A stretch of 64,000 nucleotides of DNA from Octopus sinensis. Lineage: Eukaryota. The DNA is taken from NCBI RefSeq assembly GCF_006345805.1, contig NC_042997.1:172422001-172486000 (forward strand), in the 5' to 3' direction. The position numbers and the translations under genes are program-made. Each line of letters begins with the position of its first letter. Position 1 is the stretch's first letter. The notes below the pieces were generated by a model. It ran no database searches and was not told the origin of the DNA. It saw only the letters and a list, made by a program, of their open reading frames with translations. Positions 51,251 through 63,212 of the stretch are shown in pieces.

Positions 51251-53333
51251 TGTGAAGAAACATTACCCAAACTCTATTTCGCAAAGAAAGTTTTATGTTT
51301 CATTTTGAGTTATCACTATACTCCCCACCGCACCCCTCTCCATCACCATTCATTCAGTGTGTAATTCATTTGATAACCTAAAGCTGTCATCTATCAAAAT
51401 AATTGAAATATCATTATGAAAGAAGCAGGAAAAAAAATCTCTCTTCAACACCTCCCTTGGAGCTTTCTTCATATTACTTCTCGTGAAAAATTTTTTTTTG
51501 TTTTTGTTACCCTCTGATCTACTACTTTTAAACCGGTTATTGTAAGAATGAAGATGCTTAACAAAATTTAAATGAGACTAAATTTTGATGTATGTATATA
51601 TGAGATGGTCTTTTTCATGTGTTGTTTGAATAAATTCAGATATTGTTCACGAGAAACAGGTGTTCTACAGATGGATTCTGCTGCCTCTGTCTAATATCGA
51701 TAGATCACATGCTGTCTGTAAAGTTGGAAATATCTGGTGAGCCAAAGAAAAATCTAGTTAAAAATGTTGTACTTGGGGTGCTGCTATCTGTGGCATGGGG
51801 ATGCTGCTTCACATCCAGATATCTTGGAGCATTTGAAAGAAATACGGTAGCATATCACTTTCCATGTATGCTGGTGTATACGCCAACTGGCTATATAAGA
51901 TGACCCCAGAATTTCCTTTTAAAATGCAGGCTATGGGCTATATTTGTTGTATGAGACTACCTAGCAACATTTCACCCTTGATGCAGAGGCTAGGAGGTAC
52001 GTGAGGCAGAGCTCAGGCTTATCATCAGGAGCCAGCCAGGTAGAAGACTGCACCAGGCCTACTGTGTCTGTTTTGGCATGGTTTTTACAGCTGGATGCCC
52101 TTCTTAACACGAACCACATCACAGCGTGGACTGGATACTTTTTACATGGCACCAACACTGGCAGGGCCACCAAGTAACTTGCAAGACAAAGAATTTTGAG
52201 AGGGGAGGCATCAGAGGAAGTGATCTTGTGTCAGATGATGAAAGATTATAACCATACCATTGTAAGCTTTCCTAACATATCTGTTAAGTTTCAGCAGCAA
52301 ATATTTAGTGGTCAGACCATAGGAACTATGCAAGTATTTTACATTGTTCTCTGTCTGCCTTGATGACATTCTAACCCACAGCATGTTAAGATTTGGATAT
52401 TATGCTTGGTGTTTAAGATGACTCCTGGTTTGGGGGTAAAATTTTTAAGGTTGAAATCTCATTCTGTATACTGACATAGTATGTGATGTGGTGAATTGAA
52501 AAAAACTTAGATCAACTGAAATTATCCCAATAAATAGACAGGGGCATTTAAAAATCAGGGAATGAAAAACAAGGGTGATAATTCCAATAAGATCAATTGA
52601 TTGAAATTCAAAGACAGTATGGATTGTACAGATTGGAGTGGTTCTAGTTTCTAAAGCCAGCTGGTGGAAGTTTTGGACATATTTTTGCTTTATATTAAAC
52701 CTCTTCAGTGAAGCATATTGTACTCAATTTGCAAAGGAAGCCAACTAGTTTAGTTCTGAATAAAATTATCTGTTTCATTGGTGCAAAAAAAAAAAAAAAA
52801 AAAATTGCCTTATCAGCACCCTAGACCTTCCCTTCCCCCTCCGGTACTCCAGATACTCTCTTTCTCTTCTGTCTGCATTTTCTCGCAACTGAAATGGACT
52901 CTCCCTTTCAGTTATCTGAATATCCTCTCTAACCTGGCCCATCCGCCTTACTGTGTATCTCCATCCAGATAAGCAAACCTCCTCCTAGCTCTGGATCTCT
53001 GTGGACTGATTAACTTCACCCCCCTCCCTTCCCCCTGTTTCTCTGTAGCCATGTCTTCCCTCCTCCTCTTCCCCCTGTCACTATTCTTGATGCACTCTCA
53101 ACCTTCCCATTTCAGATTCACTACTTTGCAATGTTTTAACCCAACTCTATGGAAATTATCTTTTTCCCCATTGTGTCAACCTAACAGTGACTAAATTGTA
53201 ATCACATTGCCTTATGTAAGCTGTTCTGTCTGTCTGTCTGTCTCTCTCATAAATATGTGTATGTATTTATATAAATCTTTGTTTACTCATATTTAAAAAA
53301 AAATCTTTTGTCTCCTTGTCATGTTGCTTTGAT

Positions 53334-53375
<42 letters not shown>

Positions 53376-54769
53376 CACGCTCATATGAGAAAGACATTTG
53401 CTGTGAGATTTTTACTCCTTTTGTTGCCTAGTGTCTTTCATTTATTTTATTTCCCTTTATTGATCACTCATCATTTCTCTCTTTCTCTCTCGCTCCTTCA
53501 TTTCTTTTAGTCTTTCTTTCACGTTGTCTTTCTTGTCTCTTGATTTCTGTTTCTTCCCTTCCATTCTGTCTCTCTTGCCTCATTATTTCTATCACTTGTA
53601 CTTTCTTCTTGCTCTCCTTCTCTCTCTCTCAATCAGTTTATCTCTCAAACAAGAACTCTGAACAACTCACTTGTCAATTGTCAGACTGTATATTGTGTAC
53701 TGAAGACAACTAAAGACTGGTTTCTAATGATAGACTATACCTGGTTCTGATAATTTCATGTGATTGCTGTTTCCTTACAACTTTCTTTCTCTCTACTGCT
53801 GTCATAGAGAATGTGTTAAGAAAGAAAGTGATGCACATGTTATTTAATGCTCTAAGGGTTACAGTGGAACGAACAAGAGACCAAAGTGACAGCAGGAGTT
53901 GATTCCATTGATGTAAGATGTCACCTGAAGTGTTTAGGTTGAAGCCAGGGAACTTCTAGGGAACAGAAAACTGTACTAAGTATATATATCCTATGTGTGC
54001 ACTAGTAGAGAAGCAAAAGGAGAACCAGCCGTAGTTCATTTTAATTGATCCTCTAGTAACTGATGGATAGTACATAAATTAAATGAATGCATCTTCTGAT
54101 TTTGATATAAATAATTAGTGAAGCTTTGCAAATGTAGGCACCAGATCTATCATTGGAGATGGAACAAGATTTGTCTTGTGCAATGTTTATGAAGGCATGC
54201 ATATATGTGTGTGTGTATTTGGTATATATAAAAATAATAGTTATGTATATGTATTAATAATAGTGTTATATATCAGCAATAGTTATCATCATCATCATCA
54301 TCCTCTAATATCTGTTTTCCATGCTTGGGTGGGTTGGACAGTTTGACTGGGGTCTGGGAAGCCAGGAAGAGTTATATTTATTAATAATAGTTTTATTTAT
54401 AAATAATAGTTATACATACTTATTGATAATAGTTTTATATACCAATTATAGTTGTGTGTATGTATGTGTGTGTGTTTGGAGAGATATATTATCTGGGTGG
54501 ATACACAGTTAAGATCCAGTTAATGGCTAACCACAATGACCAGTATCTAATGTCTGTGTCTACATTTACTTGTTATTCACTCTGTGAATTCTTCCGATGG
54601 GTAATTCTGTGTTCTCTTCGCTGGACAGTAAAAACTGTCTGGAGTGTATATTTATATTGATAATAATAATAAAGAGTATAGAGATTTGTCCTTCCACAAA
54701 GTTATAGTTATATACAGCATATCATAATGACCTACGTGTGTTTACTTACAACACACACACACACAATCT

Positions 54770-55170
54770 TCAACCACCTGTCATGTTCAATATGCATTAG
54801 GTGTTCATGCTAGTGCAGTTGTCGTGCTTGCATACTACAGCTTATTCCTCTTACACCCACTTTCTCTCTCAGCTCATCTATGCCTTGTCATTGATCCACA
54901 GTAATATTACGCATTCAGCAGATTATGCTCATCTCATTTCGTTTCAACTTTTGCACATCCTCTGCATTTAGCGTCCCTGTCTGACTACCATGCAGCATCA
55001 CAGCTTGTACTCATGCAAAATATAGTCTACTCTTTGCTCTGTGGGAGAATCCCTTTGTTATCAGCATAAGTAGTCACTCCCTGTGCTTCTCACCCTATTT
55101 TCATTCTGTAGTCCACCCTACCCTGAAGCTACTTATATCTCCTAGGTAACAGAACCTATCAATAACTACT
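54770..55170 (-). mobile_element. Highly decayed RTE LINE fragment
   Basis: Minus strand begins VIDRFCYLGD (RTE FCYLGD motif) and continues as a decayed RT C-terminal region. Confidence 0.55.
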
Positions 55171-55479
55171 ATAGAGCCCTTTGAGCATTGCAAAAAGTTT
55201 ACTTTAATGGTCATCTGAAGGCATATTATTCCTTTATTATTACATTTGGAAAATTCTCTATTCACTATCAGCTGACCTTTGATTCCACTACACCTGTTGT
55301 GCAGCCATTGATCACACGGAGTGCACTGTATGGAATTTTTATCTACTCTTTTCTACTTGTCAAGCATGGCAATTTCCCTGATGAAACCAGTCATGTCTAC
55401 TTTTCTACTAAAACTTTAGTTCTTCAGTAATTTTACCCCAAGGCTTTCTTCTTCATCATCATCATCATCATCATCATCC

Positions 55480-55870
55480 AGTGTTTTAAATCCTGGCTTT
55501 GTCCCCGTTAACGGGGGTGGCTAGATCTACCTCAGTGCCATAGCAACCGTTCTCCCTTCCTTCTGAAACCAACCTGCCCAATCTCCTCCACCTGTCCCCT
55601 CCATGTCTTCCTTTGTCTATCTCGCTTTACCACAAACTCAAGCACCCTCCTCAGAACATGCTCCTCATTGCTCCTCAACACATGCCCATATCACTGCTCT
55701 CCATTCGCCCTTGCCAGCTGTTCCCCTCCCCCCCGGATTCCTCCAACCCTAGCATCCCCCTCAGTCCTTCTCAAAATTTCCATTTCTCTCTTCCTCAGAC
55801 ACCATCTCTCACTTCCATATAGCATTGGAACTCTCATACAACTCCTGTAGACCCTTTTCATTTTCAAATC
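55480..55870 (-). mobile_element. RTE LINE 3' fragment (second family)
   Basis: LKMKRVYRSCMRVPMLYGSERWCLRKREMEILRRTE. Confidence 0.8.
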
Positions 55871-55962
55871 ATATATATATATATTTATTTGTACTAGCTC
55901 CTGTGGAGGACTCTTCATTGGGCCTTGGGCCCAACAATGATACTTCATGCATTGAGTTCATA

Positions 55963-56293
55963 TTCTTTTACTTTTTTCAGTCATTTGACTGTAGCCATGC
56001 TGGAACACTGCATTTAGTTGAGCAAATCGACACCGGGACTTATTCTTTGTAAGCCTAGTACTTATTCTATCAGTCTCTTTTGCTGAACCGCTAAGTTACG
56101 GGGACGTAAACAATCAGCATCGGTTGTCAAGCGATGTTGGGGGAACAAACACAGACACAAAAACATACACACACATATATACAACAGGCTTCTTTCAGTT
56201 TCCGTCTACCAGATCCACTCACAAGGCTTTGTTCGGCCCGAGGCTATAGTAGAAGACACTTGCCCAAGATGCCACACAGCCACTCCTGCGCCT
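55963..56293 (-). mobile_element. SINE group 1 with an internal deletion in the tRNA head
   Basis: GCCAC is joined directly to ACAGCCACTCC; the B-box segment is missing. Confidence 0.88.
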
Positions 56294-56459
56294 ATATTAA
56301 ATTTTATTAAACTTGACCAATATTTTTCAAGCAATGAACAGTTTTCACCAAAACAATTATATAATTTGTAGACTTAGACCTTAATGCAAAGCTGCATGAT
56401 AAACAACATTTTTTTATCTTTCCATTCAGGGGTCAGTACATTATTTTTTTTCTGTCTAA

Positions 56460-56497
<38 letters not shown>

Positions 56498-56859
56498 TTC
56501 AGCCATCATCAGTACCATCACCATCACAACTGCCATACACACACCATTCAGATTTCTGACACTGCCACCATCAGTGCCTTCCCCTCCACCACCACCATCA
56601 CCACTGTCTTTCACATCACTTATTATCACTGTCATCCCTGACTGACCACCAGTACCATCATCACCATCTCCTCTGCTTCTATCACAATTACAGCTCTTAC
56701 TATTACTGTCAGCCCATTACCATCACAACAGGCAGTCTACTAGTCTCTATGCCTACTATTACTCTCACCCATAACAAAGAATAGTGGAAGTGTCATTGAA
56801 TAGTGTGAGAGGGGGGCAAAGTGTGACACTGACACTCAGAAATTCATTTTGGCATTTAT

Positions 56860-56909
56860 TATTATACATGTATAATGTATACATATATATTTATATGTAT
56901 TATGTGTGC

Positions 56910-56950
<41 letters not shown>

Positions 56951-57105
56951 CATACATATATTTATGTGTGTGTATATATATATACATACATATATTTATA
57001 TGTGTGTATGTATACATATATATATATATATAATATATATATGTATGTATATATATGTGTATATATAAAATATACATATTTATATGTATTTATATTTATA
57101 ATATA
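56860..57105. repeat. (TA)/(TG) compound microsatellite
   Basis: Directly visible. Confidence 0.95.
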
Positions 57106-57328
57106 TACAAGTGAGTGGACAAACGAAAGAAAAGGATACTCAACACATTTAGTAGGAGTTACATGTATTATTTAAAACAGCTTGATTCAGTTCTGTGCTA
57201 CTTCAAGTTTCACAGGACTCTGGCAGGGGATCATTCCAGACACCTGAAGAAGTCAGGTTCCCATTACGGGGCCTGTGAAACTTGAAGTAGCTTGAAACCA
57301 AATCAAACTGTTTTGAATAATATATGTA
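57105..57328. mobile_element. Penelope-like inverted terminal-repeat pair with hammerhead-like motif
   Basis: Arms 57160-57216/57272-57328; CTGAAGA at 57244, helix II, GAAAC-TTGAA-GTA at 57277-57289. Confidence 0.55.
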
Positions 57329-57370
57329 TAGTATATACATATATATTTTATGTGTATATATATATATATA

Positions 57371-57537
57371 TATATTGCAAATAAGAAAATGGAGGAGAAC
57401 AATAGTTAGTTCATCAACTTTAGGACATTAAAAATGTTAACTTATTTATCAAACTGAAATAAATAAGTTAACATTTTTAATGTCCTAAAGTTGATGAACC
57501 AACTATTGTTCTCCTCTATTTTCTTATTTGCAATATA
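57371..57537. repeat. 79-bp-stem fold-back adjoining (TA)n
   Basis: 57371-57449 versus 57459-57537, two mismatches, 9-nt loop. Confidence 0.92.
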
Positions 57538-57724
57538 AATTAATAGTAAAATATCTCTTTGCCTTTACCCATTTAATACACTAGGTAATGTTATTGCATT
57601 GCAATAAAAACACTTGTATTAATAATTGGGTATTCTACCAACAGTATATTGGATAGATATTATCCCTTAGTGGGTTGGATTCACAACCCCTAACTTTCTT
57701 GGAGTTTTTATATATATAATGGGA

Positions 57725-57880
57725 AAGTTTACGAAAATAAACAAAAGATGAAGGCAGGTGGAGTACAAACAAATAAATGTATTAGTATAGCGCTCAGGAA
57801 TAGAAATAGAAAAAGTCTTTTATGTTTCGAGCCTACGCTCTTCAACAGAAAGATACACAGAAAAAAACAAGGAGAGAAAA
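57725..57880 (-). mobile_element. Penelope-like terminal repeat with hammerhead-like motif
   Basis: Minus 57852-57817: CTTT-CTGTTGA-A-GAG-CGTAGG-CTC-GAAAC-ATA-AAAG; flanked by (TA)n. Confidence 0.6.
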
Positions 57881-58320
57881 ATATATATATAGGTGTGTAT
57901 TTACATAATTGTGTGTTAGTAAACCAGTTTGAAGGTGACAAGTTGGTCAGATGATTAGTCGCAGTGTGTGTGTGTGTGTATATATACATATATATATTTA
58001 GCAACTTTTTATTATATGTACATGAATCTGTTATGTACAATTAATCCTCTACTGCAAGGTGTGGTTATACAGCACACAAGAAACCCAGAATATAAATATT
58101 TCTGTCAGAAAAACAAAAGCATTGTTCCTTCAGGAGCAATGTTAACTCAGCCATTTCATTCAATTCATTTCATTCAACAAAGTTTTTATTGTTTGTGTCA
58201 TCATAACAAGAAATGGAAGCATAATATAATGCTTCTATTTGTTCCTTTTTTCCTTTTTCTGTAAATAGAAATCTTATTCACAATCTGCTATGACATAAAA
58301 CGGTTACTGGAATAACTTAC

Positions 58321-58378
58321 CTTGCTTCTTTACTAGACTTGCAGTCTTTGTTGGATCTTCATGCAGACCAAACAAAGA
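58321..58378 (-). CDS. Candidate internal exon SLFGLHEDPTKTASLVKKQ
   Basis: Perfect donor AAG|GTAAGT, acceptor CTTGTAG, only one of three frames open. No homology recognised. Confidence 0.28.
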
Positions 58379-60339
58379 CTACAAGTATAGCTTAGATTCT
58401 ATCTTTACTGTTCAAATTATATTCTAACTTTATTGATCTCTCTCACTCTCTCTTTCTCGAAGTTTCATTCTATATTGTCAACCATAACTAAAGAACTTTA
58501 AAGATTTAGTGATTGGTTGTTTCTTATATGTATTGTAGAATCCACCAAGATAATAAGTAATGCAAGACAACAAATAACAAAAATGATAATCTTTTATACT
58601 AAAGCCACAAGGCCTGAAATTTTGGGGGAGAAAACTAGTCAATTACACTGATCTGGCAGTATTTCTACAGCTGGATGCCCTTCCTAATGCCAACCACTCT
58701 GTATATATATATATATATATATACATACACACACACGCACAATGGGATTCCTTCAGTTTCCGTCTCCCAAATCCACTTAGAAGGCTTTGGTTGGCTTGAG
58801 GTTATAGTAGAAGACACTTGCCCAAGGTGCCATGCAATGGGACTGAACCCTGAACCATGTGGTTGGGAATCCAGCTTCTTACCATATAGCTACGCCTGCA
58901 CCTAGTTCTACACACTGAATCCAAATTCCACAAAGGTTGACTTTTCATCCTTTCAGGGTTGACAAAATAAGTACCAGTTGAACACCGAGGTCATTGTAAT
59001 CAACTAATACTCTTTCTCTTCCCCTCAAATTTCTTGGCCTTGTGCCAAAATTTGTAGTGGCATAGTAGTAGCAGTAGTGGTATAGGTGTGAACAAGTGAG
59101 TGGTATAATTTGGTTGCAAAAACTCTATTGATGTTCATACACCAGTTTTTTTATTATTCCACCACCACCCCCTTAAATTAAATAATAACTTCCATTAAAA
59201 ATATATTTTTTAAAAGTTGTTTTAAACATTTTCATACTGATTATTTTCTTCTGTAAATTTTGTTCCTGATGTTTTAGTTTTATTTTGTATTTTTGTCAAT
59301 TTTTTTTTTATTCTTTCCGTTGTAATAACTAATTAATAAAGCTATTAAATGGGGGAAAAATAAGTAAACAAAGATAAAACAGCAATATACATATATGCAT
59401 GTGTATATACATATATAATATATATATATAGACATACACACACACATACATATGCATGTATATATGTTCATATATATATATATACATATATATATGTATA
59501 CATACACACATATATATAAAATATATATAATGTTATTGTATAATTTAGCTGTCTAGGTTATATTGATGTAAAATTTTATTTCTGTTTATGTCTTCTGTAT
59601 CGACATTGGTACAGTTGTATTGAATTGTCTGTAAAAATAGTTATATTTCCTATCGGTGCCCCAGTATGACCAGAAACAAGGATATAAATCAATTTAAATA
59701 CACCTGATGTCACCACATGCAGTCTTAATAATGTAGTAACTTTTTTGTCTCTACGCCCCCTTTAATTAATGATAATGATTTATTTTTAATATTATTTACA
59801 GAGATGAAAGATTGTTCTTTTTTCGTTATCGTCAAGTGTCTTATTACTACGTTGAGCACTAGTAGTCTAGTGAATTAAAATTTTATTATTATTGATGTAG
59901 CAAAAACTTTGTGAGTAGATTTGGTAGAACAGAAACTGAAGGGAAGCCCTTCATGTGTGTGTGTGTGTATGTTTGTATATATGTGTGTGTCTGTTTATCC
60001 ATCACTACCATTTGATGACTGGTGTTTGTTTGTTTATGGCCTGCATGACTTAGCAGCTTGGTAAAAGAGTCTGATAAAATAAGTACTGGAGTGAATTTGT
60101 TGAGCAAAAAAAAAATTTTTAATTTTAGGCAGTACTCCAACATGACTGCATTCCACTGACTGAAGCAATATTAGCTAAGAAATGAAGATCCTTCGTGTTA
60201 ATCCAATATATTACTATGTACATATCTAGGAATAAGATACATAGATTCTTATTAGAGTTTCATTGGCTATAGTGATTTGTGGTAGCTGTTTCCATTTGCA
60301 GTCATGAGATAGTGTTGTTTGTAGCTACAGTGCTTGCCA

Positions 60340-60860
60340 TTGAATATCAGTAGTTGCATTGATAATACCAAGCAAAAACGACTGCTTAATATTGGAGCAC
60401 ACATGCTTGAATTTTGAAGAAAATCTCATGGTCTTACCATGAGATTCTTGCAGATGCAGAGATCAATACCACCATTATCTACTGGATCCCAGAGCAGATG
60501 CATGCTAGGTTTTTAGGCAGTAAATTGAAGAATTATAGCAGCAGATTCTTTATGTTTAACCTTATGTAAGAACATTTGGAAGGAAATTTGCTTGGTAGAT
60601 TTGATGAATTTGCATATACTATAGAGTGTTACCTTTTTTTAAGCCAGTACGAGTTTAACTCTAGCAGTCCGGCTGTGGTGACCCAGTCTGAACTTGATCA
60701 ACTTCTGTTTACAGTACCAGGGATTCACTGGCTGTAGGTAAATGCCCAAACAAGTACAAATAATACCTCTTAACAATGTCTGGGAGCCCATTGTGTGTCC
60801 GTTCATCCGTGTCCCAACCCACTTGATGACTGGTTCATATTTCATTGTTGTGGCATAAGA
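60340..60860 (-). mobile_element. Probable ancient R2/NeSL-type non-LTR retrotransposon relic (RT thumb region)
   Basis: Minus strand: RMNGHTM..CLGIYL..VNPW..KKVTL..HLLWDPVDNGGIDL, resembling INGE.I..YLG..NPW..QKV.L..LY.P...GGLGL; contains in-frame stops. Confidence 0.4.
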
Positions 60861-62651
60861 GATATAAAGACATGAGTAAGGAGGATGTAAAGTTTGGGGG
60901 AAGAAGGATTCTGATGAAATGTTCTTTAGAGTGATTTACTGAGGCTGAGATGCGGAATACTTGCATTGAATGAGCTTAGTTGTGGATTGCTGCTATACAT
61001 GTATAGTTGAACAAACAATAGGTGTTGTTTGACTTTGAGATAATCCTCTTTGAGCAGATCTGTGATCAATGCTGTTCATATTGTGACTGTCCTGTCTCTT
61101 TCATTATTTTAGTTGTAATCTGGGTGTGCTACACTATTCAATGTCTTTTGTTAAGTGATTTGAAGGAAATTGGGTTATTATTTCAAGCTAGTCATGTGAC
61201 CATGAATTTTCATGTAGAGGCTTCCCTATTAGTTTGAGTAACCATGTAAGGTTTTAACAGAGAAACAGACAGAGAAGCGGATAGTTTATCTGTGGTTAAT
61301 TTAGACAGTGAATATAGACTTTCCTATTAGACGTAGTGTACAAAATATATAAATGTGTGCGTAGTAGGGATTATATGTTGCTTACAAAATATACCAATTA
61401 TAAGGATAGAATAATGTTTCTGTGGTTAAATATTATTTGTAGGAGAGGCTATGAAAGTCAGTGATAGACTGAGATGAAATATAAGAAAGCTTAATTTGTT
61501 ATAGGCTTTTCTGTTGTAATATCATAATGTTAGTTATAACTAGATAGATAGATACTGGATGGACTGACAGTTTCTTTCTCTCACTCTCTCTTCCTTCCTT
61601 TCTTTATCTTTCTTTCTTAATGGCATGAGGCCTTGTTGCTAGATGCATTTCTTCAGTTCAGTTCATTGGGGGGATACTTTTCATGACAGTTGTATAGCAG
61701 CACCATTCCAGTTGTGTGAAGAACTGAAGCTAGAGCATGATGGGTTTTTTTTTTCTCTTTGAAACGACTAGAGTTAATATATTTTTATGGGCCAAACAAA
61801 AAAAGGCAGATACTGCCATTTTTGATAATAACTTTGCCATATAAAGAGAGAGAGAAGAACATGGAATTTTGTAAGTGTGCCTAGTGCAGAGCTGTTAGTA
61901 TTTGCCATGTCATTTTTTGAGTTACTATAAATAATGTGATAAGGACATTTTTGTGTATCATGTCTGATTAACTGACATGTATGTCTTTATGAGTCTGTAC
62001 TTGTTTCTGAAGTCATACAAGTATGCAAGCTTATGATTGGAAAATAATGCTGCAAGTAAGTAAATGTATTTGTATGGATTGACTGATTGTTACATATTTT
62101 ACCAATCATGAGCATTGTGGTATGAGTTCATATTTTTATATCCGTGTTTGTATTGATGTGTGTCTTTATATATGTATTTATGACCTATATTGATATATAT
62201 GTTTACGTATACCTCTATGTGTATATATATGTATATACAGATGTGTGTGTGTGTGTATATATATTATATACTTTTCTATGCATATGTATATACACGTTTG
62301 CATGTGTGTATGTAGGTGTAATTGTATGGTTAAGAACTTTGGTTCCCAATCACTTGGTTTTGGATTCAGTCCCCAATGCAGAGCACCTAGGGCAAGTGCC
62401 TTCCATATAAATCCATGCTCATCAAAACCTTGTGAGTGGAATTTGTCGACAAAAACTGAAGACGCCCATTGTACGTTTGTGCGTCTCCTAATCTTGACAA
62501 AACGTTATATTTACTTCTGTATAAACATATCTGGCTTTGAAGAAATTACTTTACTTGAAAACAGGAAGGGTGACCAGCTATAAATGAATATGCTTCAGTA
62601 AACTTTGTCTAACCCATGCAAGCCTGAAAAAGTGGATGTTAAATGACAAGG

Positions 62652-62715
<64 letters not shown>

Positions 62716-62719
62716 AAGT

Positions 62720-63005
62720 AGGAGGGGTTAGTTCATAGGTGATCTAAACGATTAGGTATGCTAGGTAAGTGCTGTAACGGATTACTGGAGCTCCAAGGTT
62801 GTAGCCGAGGTCATCTTATTGATATATACCATTCTTATTTTTCCGTTTTTTTTTTTTTTACTTTTTTGTCTCTGATGATGGAATATTCCATACTCGAAGA
62901 TATTCCAGAAACAGCTGTAAGATTTTGAATTTCTTCTTGTAATATTGCATATGACTTGAGATCTTTGCCTTGCCTTAATGTTTGACATCCTGTTTAACAA
63001 TTATA
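62720..63005 (+). mobile_element. Short Penelope-like/retrozyme-like element between (TA)n tracts
   Basis: Contains the hammerhead at 62868-62923; flanked by (TA)n at 62655-62700 and about 63005-63040. Confidence 0.55.
62868..62923 (+). ncRNA. Minimal type I hammerhead ribozyme motif
   Basis: Helix I GUCU/AGAU, core CUGAUGA (62872-62878), 8-bp helix II UGGAAUAU/AUAUUCCA, GAAA (62908-62911), palindromic helix III ACAGCUGU, GUA triplet (62917-62919). Confidence 0.7.
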
Positions 63006-63212
63006 CATATGTGTGTGTGTATATATATATGTATATATATGGAAAGGATAATCAATCGACAAACATCGGCCTGTAGACATTCATTTATATCTATTAATTG
63101 ATTACAATCATATGTATAATTGATCCAAATATACGAATGAAATAAGCAAATAAACAAGTAAATAAATAGATAAATAGATAAAAATAAACGAATAAGCATA
63201 AATGAGTAAACA

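Noticed and set aside
60438-60733. Exon candidates 60438-60504 (-) and 60644-60733 (+)
   Set aside because: Both lie in one colinear stop-interrupted frame better explained as a retrotransposon fossil.
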